Positions 36,908-48,652 of a stretch of DNA of 64,000 nucleotides are shown one piece after another. The stretch is from the NCBI GenBank assembly GCA_010909165.1, contig MU008181.1, forward strand, positions 806,001 through 870,000, given 5' to 3'. Below the pieces are notes generated by a model that was not told where the DNA came from, ran no database searches, and saw only the letters and a list, made by a program, of their open reading frames with translations. Position numbers and translations under genes: made by a program. Source of the stretch: Anthoceros angustus. Lineage: Eukaryota; Plantae; Anthocerotophyta. Numbering within the stretch: the first letter of the stretch is position 1; the number at the start of each line of letters is the position of its first letter.

Positions 36908-38519
36908 GGAGATGTCACTGTTGCAGGGCTCTGGGCACGTCCTATGCGTTTTTTGTTTTCCTTTGTTGTTTCCCCGCTCGCATGTGACTGGGTTGGGAAG
37001 CACGGTTTGTTACTTCGAGTGGACCCTCTACTGGGGGCTTCCCACTTAAGTATCAAATGAAGATTACACAAATCTTACTGTAACACGAAGTGTCCCAAAT
37101 CCTTGTGGTTGATGTACCGAATGCCAAAGTCCGTTTCATTTTTAATTATAAATGGGCCCAGGCCATTGTCCCAGTGGATGCGAACCCATCAGATGCTCAA
37201 AGCTCGAACATCGACACTACCTAGGTTTTCTATGTAGCATATATACGTATATGTATGGAGATTATACCGATTATGAGCGGATGATTGGAGTTTACAGCGT
37301 ATAAACGAGTGCGGTTTACAATGTAAGCTCACGGTTATAAATGAGAGTCTCAACCCATGAAATAACATAGAAGTTTTTGAAAAATAATAGAGAATTAGAG
37401 TTCATTTGAGGATTTGCTCTAGCCAAATTACCTTACTATCAAGGATTCACTCCTTCCAAGGTAAGTGGCAGTTTAGGGAAGGATTTGTCAATTGTAGTTC
37501 AGCTAATTGCCTAAAAGATATTATCGTTCTCGTTTTCCATGGCCAAGGCTGTCACCTCCTTGGCAGTGTGCATGTGAAGCTGGGCCAGATCGAGCCAATC
37601 TCTGTCAACACATGATCAGCACCTCGTTCTAGCTCTGATGACTCCAATATATCCCTCTCGCAACTAAGTGGGAGTACCACAACTCTCCACCAGGGTTGCA
37701 AAAGGCTCCAAACGCGGCCTCTTCCGCCTCTTGTGTTCCCCCTCGTCGAAGTGTTGATTCAACGCGGCGCTCCACTGAAGCATTTCTTGGTCGCTGTGCA
37801 TTGCGGGTCTGCACGCACTATCAGTATCATATGATCCCTCTTTTACCTTCAACATTGAAAGCCCACATTGCCATGTTATATAGCCTACAACTAGACAGCT
37901 ACATACAACCTCATCCCAAAACAAAAAAGTACTTACTTAGCGTGTTGCCCCCCGTTCTCTTTGCCCTTGCATTCCCCGTTCCTGTTGCCAATCCGCTCTC
38001 CATTTCTGCTGTGGTTACACTGCCCATTCCCGTTAGAGGGACGTTCACCGAGTTGTGCTCTTCACCTGTCTCCAAGTCGGTTGGATCATGCACCATCGTC
38101 TCAGGAAGGGATGGAAAGCTTTGCAACTAAGTCAATGGCATGGGAAGGTCTTCTTGGATGTCTAAGGCTCCGGGTGGTGTTGTGGCAGATGGTGTAGTGC
38201 TGCCTATTTTCTCTTATGTTTTCCAACACCCTTCCTCAATAGCCGTGATAACGTGCAATAATGTATTTCTATCTTCAGGCGTCAAATTAGGTAGGTTCAT
38301 TTCTTCTTCTTCTTGATTGGCTTCATTGCAAATCAAAGCAAATTGTAGGAATTCTCTCAAATTGGGCGTCATATTAAATATGTGTGCTTCTATGTCCTCT
38401 TGTGGCATTGCATAGATCCATAAGAACTCTTGCGGAGCCATGGTTGAGTACTGTCTTAATAGCCTTGAGAATAAAAGAAGAAAGAATAGCCTCAAGAAAA
38501 AAAAGAAGAAAGAAAATTG

Positions 38520-38810
38520 AATGATAGCTGTGATAAAAATAGAAGAGAAAAATAATGATTCAATAAAAAAAATGAGCTAATGATGGACAGACAAACAAAG
38601 ATAGAAGAACAATAAATGATAGTTGTGATAAGAAAATAGAAGAAAAAATAATTATAAAAAATGATCTAATGATGGACAAACAAACATAGAAGGGAAGAAG
38701 AATAAGCATTCTAGATAGTTGTGATAAGAAAATAGAAGAAAAAATAATTATAAAAAATGATCTAATGATGGACAAACAAACATATAAGGGAAGAAGAATA
38801 AGCATCCTAG
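38520..38810. repeat. AT-rich tandem repeat, about 97-bp unit, about 3 degenerate copies
   Basis: gatagttgtgataagaaaatagaagaaaaaataattataaaaaatgatctaatgatggacaaacaaacata recurs. Confidence 0.75.
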
Positions 38811-39768
38811 AATATGTGATATGTAGACGACAGGTTCAAGTTTCACTCGCTAGTCAAATAATAATATACCATATCTTAGAATATCATACTCCAATATACT
38901 TATGTATTATGATATTGAGATATGAGAAACACGGCCTTGGAAACAGTTCTATGATTTGTACATCATAATTCTTTTACTTCATAATTCGAGCTATATTAAT
39001 AAATTATATTGAATATAATTAATTTATTTTTATTTATAGAAGTTTTTAATTTTTATTTTTCTAGAAGTAAAAATCATCCGCTCATAATCTTGAGCGGATG
39101 AAATAAAGTAAATAACATATAAAAAGTTTTACTATAGATTGAGTAACATGAGAAGGACCTGTGCCGGTTGTGGGTCTCGCAGCTACCGGCAAGCGCCGGT
39201 AACCATGGGACACTTGTGGTGGTAACGGTCCAACCTCCGCTTCTAGCCGATATACAAGGCCTTGGCTCCTTAGTACCGGGTAGGAGAAAGTTGGCTTCTT
39301 TTTACCAGCTTTTGTTTTTCTATCGTGAACCAACCTCGAAGCTTTGTAAGGTTACGGATTATAGACACAAACCTCGGAGGAGTGAGGGATCAGCATAAAA
39401 ACCTGCAAATTCCCCTACGCTTTAGGGGGGCAACATAGACAGCCCACAGGCCCAGACTGGCCTGGGAGAACAAAACGAGCCCAGGGCAATCGACAAATAG
39501 AGACATCCACCCTGCCGGCCCGCTCCAGCCCACGATTGAGCAGCTCCTGGAAACACCTCTTCTCCTGCTCAGTGAGATCACCTTCCTTGGATGGAGCCCG
39601 AAGAGAGGAGCCTTTTTATTAGGTGGCAGCTATCCAATGGGTTATTTGACTGTGAAGGGGATCGAAATGAGACATAACAACGAGATCAATGTCAGCTGCA
39701 ATTCACAGCGGGAAGCAGCAGGTGTTGGAGGGAGGGGCGGTTCTTACGGAGGAAGGCGGACCCGTTCG

Positions 39769-40095
39769 ATGGCGAGACCACGTCAGGATCGGCGCTGGCG
39801 CTGGCGCTGGCGCTGCTGTTCTGTGTTTTCTTGCAACGCAATTATCACCGCCTTCTGCTGGTTGCTGCTGCTCATGCACTTCGTGCGGCGGCCTGGCCCG
39901 TCCCTGGTGCCTCGAGCTCTTGTCCAGGACGATTCCTCATCTCTCCAACTCAAACCGAGAGTTGGCTGGAGCTCTGCGTCCGCCTTGTTTCGGGGAAACC
40001 GGAGCAAGCTGCTGAAGGAGAGAGCGGCGCAGGGTATCACAGAGGACGCAGTCCACCATCCAAGCCTCGAGTGTCGAGAAACTGAACAATGTTGA
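39769..40095 (+). other. Short ORF with a type-II membrane anchor (possible glycosyltransferase-like N-terminal fragment or pseudogene)
   Basis: MARPRQDRRWRWRWRCCSVFSCNAIITAFCWLLLLMHFVRRP: basic tail, then a hydrophobic segment and stem, then an early stop. Confidence 0.3.
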
Positions 40096-40354
40096 TAACA
40101 TCGCCATATGTGGACACAATGATGATGTTCACTCACGGTGCCTCATTGATTGCCCGGGAGAAGACCAGATGCTGGTGCGGTGCCCGGATGGATTACAGAA
40201 ACGGTTTGATAATTTCATCATCTTGATGCCGTGTACTAGGGGATAACCAATGGAACAGAGTGATTTCCTTGTATCTCTGAGCTGCTTCATGGAGGTCTGA
40301 GATCACGTGTTTTGCTTACCGTTGTGCTATAACTTAGAAGGTCTGTCTGCCTCA

Positions 40355-43300
40355 TCAATTGCCTGAAGCCAAAGGCTCCTTCCCCCGGTTTGAACTAGAT
40401 ATATCTTGGATCTGCCCTTCTTTCGAACTCCCGCTCCTCTCAGTGTCAGTAGGGTCAGATTCCTGAGTAGGCTCCGATTCCTCTGTAGCCTCCGATACCT
40501 GTGTAGCCTCCGATACCTCTGTAGCCTCCGATTCCTCAGTAGGCTCAAATTCCCCCGTGGGCTGGAGTTCCTCGATAAGCAGAAATTCCCCGAGAGTCTG
40601 AACTTCCCCAGTCGGCTGAACTTCCCCAGTAGGCTGAACTTCCTCAGTAGGCTCAAGATCCCCAGTAGGCAGGGATTCTTCAGAAGTCAGAAATTCCTCC
40701 GCCAGCAGGGATTCCGGCACCAAAGCGTTACGTACAAGGACAATCGGTGTCTGTTCCTCGGCGTTGCCTGGAAACATGAATGAGAAAACATGAGTACTGT
40801 TGATCTCCGCACAGACACTAGGTTTTCAGGGTAACCTACCAGCAGGATTGTTCATAAGCGCAGCCTTTAAGGCCTGTTTGTCCACACCGTCGGATGCCTG
40901 TTTGGCATAAACGAATCAAACTGGTAAGAGCGAACTGGTACAGAACCCGAACTGGTACAGGACCCGAACTGGTGCAGGACCGGAGTCCAAAACGATTGGT
41001 CTCCAGCTTTCATCCTACTTACAGCTAGAATTTGGACCTTCTTCAAGTCATTGACGTCCACTACCGCAATATCAAGCCCTGTAACCATGGTCGGTGATGC
41101 AATGATCAGGCCCGGAAGGATAGCAGAGTAAAGGAATAAGAACTAAGGTGGTTTCCAACGGAGTGCACACTGACCAGTTTTTGCCTTCAAGGCATCGACA
41201 GTATCCTTCACGTGGACCTGCCAGTGTATGAGGTGAGAATTGCAACCAATATCAAACTGATGCAGATAACAAACCCGAAAGCACTGCTGACTCACTGGTC
41301 CCAGCGTGATAAACTGATCGTATGGTGGGAGAGTTCCACTCACGTCATCTATAAGTCTTGCCTGTCGGATGCATGGACAGAAGAATGTTACTGCCGACAG
41401 GCAAGGACAAGCAAGACTCTACTGAAAATTGGCACCATCCTTATTACGAAAGAAACTGGGTGCTTGATACATGTATACGAGACCTGCTGTCCAGCCAGAC
41501 GGTAGAACATCCCTCGAATTCCTACTAGTCTGCACAAATAAAAGTATTCCCACATGATCTTGCTTATAAACTCGATAAGAGTCCTCTCATGACAACAACT
41601 CAAAAAACTCACCTTGCAGCCACAGCGATTATCACAGCGAACACAACCCTCAGCCTTCCAGATATGTCGACAAGAGTCTGTTACAGTGCTAGGTTAGCCC
41701 TCTGCTGCTAGGCTTTGCAGTGCAGAATCTCTAGGCAAACACAGAATTCACTTATACCTGCATCCCGCAGGCAGTGGCCAATGACGATGTAGGATGAAAC
41801 AAAAGGCAAGCCAGTTTTGCAACCAGACCTGGACGAACATTTTGCGGATGACGAAACCGTCCTGTACAGCAGGGGCATCAGTTGTACACCTGTTTCTCAA
41901 CATACATGCAGAATAAGGAACATCCATAACTTCACCGGGCAATGCAACACAATACTTACCCTGCATGATTGCCAATGGAGTTTCCGCAATTGCAATGACA
42001 TCACCAGCCTTTGCATATGGCAGGACATAACTGCAACCACCAAGGTATCTGGTTAAGACATCACAAGCCCCCACCCCAACAAATAGTAGATGGGCAACTG
42101 CTATACTCACGTTTCAAGAACGTTCACTGGGTCATCCAAATGACAAAGAAGATGCGTTTGAATTGGAAGAACATTCCTCTGGTCTGGTCTGCATGAACAA
42201 AGAGCCGCACCCAGTTAAGGTCAAGTATATACCAGGGCACTCTCTCAGAACCCTTATCTCAGCGGCAGATGGTTACTCACGTCTGCAAGCTGAGATCCTC
42301 AGCAGAAGCTTCAGAGTAGTTCAAGGGCAGAACAACATGTTGAGAATGCAAGCCACGACCGTGTGGACCATATGAGACATAGGCAACCTCCAGACGGACA
42401 GCCTACCACCAAACATTGTCTTTCAGATTCCTCCGCAGATGAGGGCCAAGTCAACGTTGAGCACAACTAAGTTATCAAGACAGACATCATTTTAGTTAGT
42501 CATATCAAACTAAACCCAGATTATAAAGTCTCACCAAGCAAGATGGTTGTGTCTTTAAGAGTTCATGCCTGAAGTTCCTTCAAAGATCCTCCAAAGATGG
42601 TCTGTATGTCCACAACGACCTGCAACCAAGCAGAGGTTGTAGCCATTAGCAGAAACCCTCCTCTACAAACACAGACGGAAAACTACAACATATAGTACTG
42701 GCATCATACTTCCATAAACGTAGACTCTCCAGCACGGGTGATGTACGCTTGCCAATATCCATCATCTCGCGCACTGGGCTTGCCTCCAGGATGCCGAGGC
42801 ATAACCTGCAATTGGGCTCAGTGAGTATTTCAGGCACAAGCTAAAGAAACCTGTGACAAATTAAACGCCACCAATCACCATCGTACCTTCACAGTCGAAT
42901 GTATGTTTTGTAGGCCACCTTTCGACAACAAGCGTATTGTGGCTTTCACCTCAGGCACAAAGAGCTCAAATTTCTTGGTGATATTGCAGAACCTGCAACG
43001 CCCGCAGTCCTGATAACGTTCAAAACAGTCTACTGAAATGAAAACCCAGTACTCCAGACAACAAGCACATACTCCAGGGTGCAAGCATCACGTACTGCAT
43101 CTGGCCCCGCAGTCGGTAATGGGTAGGCTGCCTCAGCTCCCAACCCCACAGCCCACGGGTGAGCACTAACCCATCACCAGGCTTTTTCTGCACCCGCAAA
43201 ACAACATCGTCCCACCAGTGATACCCTCATCAGCGCCCAAGTCCCAGCAGGCAAGAATTCCGTAACCGGTAGGCATCACGAGACCTGAATTGACAGAAGG

Positions 43301-43617
43301 CGTGGCAATTCCCGGGAGAGCCAGTGAATGTTGCGCATGCCGTAGGTGCAGTCCCGAGGAGGTATCCGGGTGGCCTGCCGATTGTCTGCCGGGACGGAGG
43401 TAACGGCTTCAGAGGAAGCTCCAGAGCCAGCTTCAGCATTGGCTACAGCACGAACCAGCTTCTTGGTCCCATCCTTCCACCCTCGCCTGAAAGACGGAGA
43501 GGGCGACGGCCCATCTTTGTGGCCCACTTCAACGCCCCTGCATCTGGGGACTCGGAAAAGAGGCTCAGAGTGCCGCAAAGAGTGACATGGTGGGGCAGCG
43601 AGCATGGAGGCACACAT
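40355..43617 (-). CDS. Plastid-targeted cyanobacterial-type F420-0:gamma-glutamyl ligase (CofE/F420_ligase) family protein, multi-exon, with acidic repeat tail
   Basis: Exon peptides [123 protein letters not shown] and [16 protein letters not shown] match, from memory, the cyanobacterial family. Transit-peptide-like first exon. Confidence 0.8.
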
Positions 43618-44099
43618 CGTTCCACCACGCTGCACAAGCCAGAGCTGCCGAAACCATTAACCAGCAAATGTGATCTTCTTCATCATCTTGCCGGCCTCTC
43701 AAAGCTCATCCGTGTCAGGTGAAACAGACCTCTGTTCTCAGAGCTCTGTTCATTAACTGTAAAAGCACAGGGAATGAAATGCGCTCGATTTGGCAAGCCT
43801 TCCCCGGACGGAACGGATAGCGTGCCTGGATTGATGATGAAATTTACTACAATCTTTGCTGTCCTATCACATCATCCAGACAGATGTCGTTCCATTCACG
43901 TTACGATCGTGAAACAAATTTGTCTAATACGTACCGTAAAGTGCAATTCCCATGAAGTTCTTATAAGAGTGGGGAAGCGAAGGATTGCATCAAATCGGGG
44001 AGGCCATGGCGAGACTTCGAGACAGTAATATCTTATCTGACATCAGTCTCAGGGACGGGTTTCGACATCAGTGTCCTGGAGGGTTGCTACGTCTTCCAG

Positions 44100-45523
44100 A
44101 GCAGGAGGGACAGCTTCAAAGGTCGGGATGACGTAATGCGAGACAGATGTTTGTGGAGCAGTCATTCCGGCTGGCTTACGGCCTCTGTAACGCTTCCCAC
44201 TACCGTGTCGTGGAGCACAAAATCTGGCCACAATCGCTTGCAAGCACCATTCCTCCAGCACCACAACCAACGGACGCGAGCTTCCCCCAACAAGCGCAGC
44301 AGTGGGGTGCAGAGTGATGGAGGAGGACCAAAAACCCTACCACTTCGCTGCCGCCCACAAATAAAGCTTGGGCTCAACAGCGACTTGTGTACGTGAGTAT
44401 CTGGAAGTCTCTCCACAAACTGCCCTCTTTTCTCGATTGTGGATAACATCCACCGTGTCGAGATCAGCTTTTTTTTTCTAACCACTAGCCGTTCTCTTCT
44501 CTTCTGTGGGCCCTCCATCGATACCCTGGCCACTTGGTGCGTTGTGCTATGGGTGGACAACATATTGCTACACAGTGATGATGGCCAAGGAGAGGTTTAT
44601 GGTAGACAACGTATTCCAGACGTCATGATGGCCAAGGAGAGCGGTTTCTTTCCTTTCAAGGCGCGGCAGCACATTCTGCGCAATGGCGTGTCTATCAGAG
44701 CTGACCTTTTCTTGACGCGGGGGATGAGGTCTAGGTTGCAGACGTGGTTGTCACTGACCCAATCAGAGATTCTGTTAGCGATCATGTCATCATCAACCCT
44801 CCAGGTTGGGCGCGCAAGGGAGGGCAACTAAGAAAATTTACAAGTACAGGCCCATGCAGCAATGTCACATTGTCATCCCCTTTGCCATTGAAACCCATGG
44901 GCCTTGCAGCAATGTCACATTGTCATCCCCTTTGCCATTGAAACCCATGGGCCTTGCAGCAATGTCACATTGTCATCCCTTTGCCATTGAAACCCATGGG
45001 CCTTGCAGCAATGTCACATTGTCATCCCCTTTGCCATTGAAACCCATGGGCCTTGGGTAAGGTTTTTTCTCGTTTTATCAAGGAGTGCGCAAGGGCCTAC
45101 CACAACGACAAGATCGAGGTTGGCCTCCCCCTTTCCGGTGTCGTGGCATACTTCAGGCAATGGGTTTCCATCGCTGTGCAAAGGGCATTGGCCAGTGCCA
45201 TCTTTAGGACGATCACGAGCGCTGGAGACCCGGCATCAGCAACACTAGTGGTAAGTAGGCCCTTCCCTATCTCGGACGGTGACATCTTGGGGGCGGTTGG
45301 GGGTTATAGGATAGATTAGTGCGGCGGCACGCCTTCCCTAGTGGTAAGTAGGCCCTTCCCTATCTCGGACGGTGACATCTTGGGGGCGGTTGGGGGTTAT
45401 AGGATAGATTAGTGCGGCGGCACGCCTTCCCTGGCTTGGTGCCCCTTCGCGGGTTGTCCCCTTTCGTCTTGGGGTAGATGAGATTTCTCATCTCATTCTT
45501 TTTATAAAGTCTCCACATTCCCC
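44100..45523 (+). mobile_element. Degenerate RLE-type non-LTR retrotransposon 3' fragment (same family as 981-1516)
   Basis: KESGFFPFKARQHILRNGVSIRADLFLTRG..VADVVVTDP...HVIINPPGWA...KIYKY...IPFAIETHG...RQWVSIAVQRALASAI; shared 3' tail; 93-bp tandem duplication at 45246-45431. 5' boundary uncertain. Confidence 0.72.
44854..45054 (+). repeat. Four tandem copies of a 50-bp unit inside the RLE-coding segment
   Basis: (t/a)tgcagcaatgtcacattgtcatcccctttgccattgaaacccatgggcc x4 (third copy 49 bp), with no spacers. Confidence 0.92.
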
Positions 45524-47112
45524 TGTGTCAAGATCGGCTTCCCTGGCATTGCAGACGACCGAAGGGTTTCTTCAACCTGAAGACTTTCTGACCACGAAAA
45601 AACAGAAAGCATATTATAATCACGTAAAAACATTACGCACTCTATTACCGTTTCTCACATAAGTTTCTGTGTTACAAACTGCATCCTCGGGACTGCAATC
45701 AGTAAGCATCTTTCTAAGTTTGACGTATTTATAAAGCTTAAACCCATATTGGAACGATATAATATCGTCATCTTATTATGATTTACAAGCTTTACAACTC
45801 CGTCTCTACTCAGGGATGCCATACGCGTGATTGCTGTCACGAGGATGAAGATTGCAACAGAGAAACTTCTTGAGTTTAATGACATTAGACCATCTAAGAT
45901 GTCAAACAAACAAATGCCATTACCTATCTACAATCAAATACTATACAATATGATCTAAGATGCCAAACAAGACTCCTTTCCCACTCATACTCTACAATCA
46001 AATATCAGAATATCTAAGGTGCTCAACAAAACTCCTTCCATACTCATACTCAGAACAACAAATGCTACAATAGCACCGCAGTGACACCACATATATAAGC
46101 AAATTTCTGAGTGATATTCGATGTATATATTGACATCCCATGATAATACTCGCTCATAATGTTAACCACTTTGTAAAAGAAAGATAATAATCTTAGTTAA
46201 TATCATATTGAATCCTCAAATCTGGTAGAGGATATTCCGGGGTTCGATAACCATATTAATACCCTATCATAGTTTACATTACAGAATATAATACTCACAA
46301 TACTCGCTCACAACCACTTTGTAAAAAAAGATAATAGTCTCAATTAATATCATATTAAGTCCTTAAATCTTGTAGACGGCAATCATAACCTTGATCTTAC
46401 ATATTGGGTATGAAACAGCCATAAAATTTTAACTTATTAATATGATTAATCCTTTGGAGTTGTACTCGGCTATTACATCACATTACGTTTAAACATGCAC
46501 TGGCGGTTCGCACAAGGGAACTACGGAGTCCGACCCAGAGGGCGAGATCCAAGGTGATAATCTTATATATTTTAAGTGATATATAGTAATTTTAATAAAA
46601 TTAAAAGATTAATAATCAAGATGAAAATATTTGTTCATATGAAAATATCTTTTCTATTATATATTTATAATAAATGTATAGTTAAATTAAAATATTTTAT
46701 AGCTCTAATATATTTATATTAATTGAGTGAAAATTTTCTATATAAAAACGGCTTAAAACTATACCAATTATCGTTAATCGCTAATCGAAGGGCTGGGTCG
46801 GCCGCTACAAGTTGTGCCCAAAATCTTTCCAATCATATACATAAAAACGTGATAGTGCTAGTCAAGAGGCAGCCACATGGCAACACTTGATCAAAGTTGC
46901 TTGAGCCTTCAACCGCGGATTCTCAGCACTAGTGTTGTGTTAGAATCAACTGGCTGTTAAACAGCAAACCACTGCACCACTGGTGACTTCCCATGCATTA
47001 GCTAAGCTGGGTTTCCGGGGATTGTAGATGGCTCGGAAAGAACCCGAGAATCTTCTTGTTTCCTGACACTCAAGCAGTTCCACACTACCAGACTCTAAAA
47101 TGAAATACTCGT

Positions 47113-47372
47113 ACTCAGAACGATGGAACGCTGTGATTCCCATGTGTCGGCCATATTCTCTGGCCTATTGCAAGATGACCTTAGATGAAAGATGCCTCAA
47201 AATCGGCCCAGTTGGCCATGATAGATCATCATGGCCAAGAAGAAGGAAAATGCGTTGTGCCACAGCAGTACCGAGATCATGTGCGCCTTGAGAAACGAGA
47301 GATCATAGTCAGAGATGCGCACAAAGTGCACCCATTTTCAGATGGCTCCTGCTCATGTGAGGACAGAGATCG
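47113..47372 (+). pseudogene. Remnant of a DYW:KP domain C-terminus
   Basis: CHSSTEIM / RLEKREIIVRDAHKVHPFSDGSCSCEDR across a frameshift; nucleotide match to the reverse complement of 48655-48760. Confidence 0.75.
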
Positions 47373-48038
47373 ATGCCACAAGCCGAATGCTTGCTTACAT
47401 TTGATCCGGATTACAAAGAATGGGCTAACTCCATCCAAGATATAAAAGATGGAAATAGACCGGGCAGGTCAGAAAGATGCTGCTCCATTTCAACTGATGG
47501 GCTCCAGCAGGAAGGTTTGCATGGGATACTAGGGAATCAGACCATGAGATGGCGCCTTGGCAGAGCAGCACACAGACTGACAAGGACATTTGTTCAATCA
47601 ATTCATTCTTGATTGTGGAGTTCGTCATCTACAACCAGCAAAGGGATTTCCATTACAGACAGCAGGTGAGACGTGCCAAAAGTGCTGGAGAAACGGCTTA
47701 AAACATCATCGAGCTGCTCCTGACGCCAATCTAATCGCCAATCAAGGGCTGTGGCGGCTGTTACAAAGTTGTGCCCAAAATGCTTCCAAACATTTGAGAG
47801 TGCTAGTCAACGATCGAGACAGATGGCAGCGTTCAAGGTGGCCGTCTCGTGCTTGGCTGAATGTGCGAAAGGGCGGATAGTTGCTCGGTTTTGTGTAGAC
47901 ACCTTGCCTTGATGGGTAATGGCCAGCCATAGCATGGCCAGAATTAGACTAGACTGGGTGCTACAAATGCCATCTGGAGGTAGGTAAGGATACAATGCAG
48001 AGTGCTAATCAGGAGCGGGAGAAATCGCAGCGTTGAAG

Positions 48039-48482
48039 ATGGCCCATTCCTCCAACCTATCGCTGCTGGCCACAGGGCTGCTGCTGGTGGCTTTGGTATT
48101 TTATATGCCAGACAGAACGACGTCGCTGGAAGTGTCAACCAACAAACTGCTGCAAAACCAAGCCCTGTTTGTGGGTTCGCATCTGGTGTTGCCACCCTAC
48201 GAGTTCCTCATGCAGAAGGACTGCAACCTCGTGCTGTACAACGAGAACAATCCTCTGTGGGCGTCCAACACCACGGACACTATTTTCGAGAGCTGCTACT
48301 TCTTGTTACAGCCGGACGGGAATGGTGTGCTCTACAACTCATGGAACGATGCGCTTTTTGCCACCGACACCTGGGGCCGCAACGATGGGGCGCATACCAT
48401 CACCCTCCAGAGCGATGGGAATGTGGTCATGACCAATGCCCAAGGTGACGCCATCTGGCAGACCTATACCTCCGGTCGATAG
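48039..48482 (+). CDS. Secreted bulb-type (GNA-like) mannose-binding lectin
   Basis: Signal peptide; three QxDxNxVxY-type sites (QKDCNLVLY, QPDGNGVLY, QSDGNVVMT); LWASNT motif. Confidence 0.9.
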   Translation: MAHSSNLSLLATGLLLVALVFYMPDRTTSLEVSTNKLLQNQALFVGSHLVLPPYEFLMQKDCNLVLYNENNPLWASNTTDTIFESCYFLLQPDGNGVLYNSWNDALFATDTWGRNDGAHTITLQSDGNVVMTNAQGDAIWQTYTSGR

Positions 48483-48652
48483 CTTGCTCGATGACTGTCT
48501 CGTTGTTGTAAGTTCGCAGCTTTATCTCAGGCATGTTAGCTATAGCTAGAGAACGAAGATCATGCCAGCTTGTGAGTGCTCTCGTGTCCATCTTGCAGGG
48601 TGCTGCTTGCAAGTAAATGATTTGAACGTATGTAAGCTTTCGGTTTGTGGTA

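Noticed and set aside
37400-38500. Short ORFs (37911-38126, 38214-38495)
   Set aside because: No identifiable family, and no gene model can be supported from sequence alone.
44854-45054. CRISPR-like array
   Set aside because: The units are contiguous with no unique spacers, lie inside a retrotransposon ORF remnant, and the context is eukaryotic with no cas genes.
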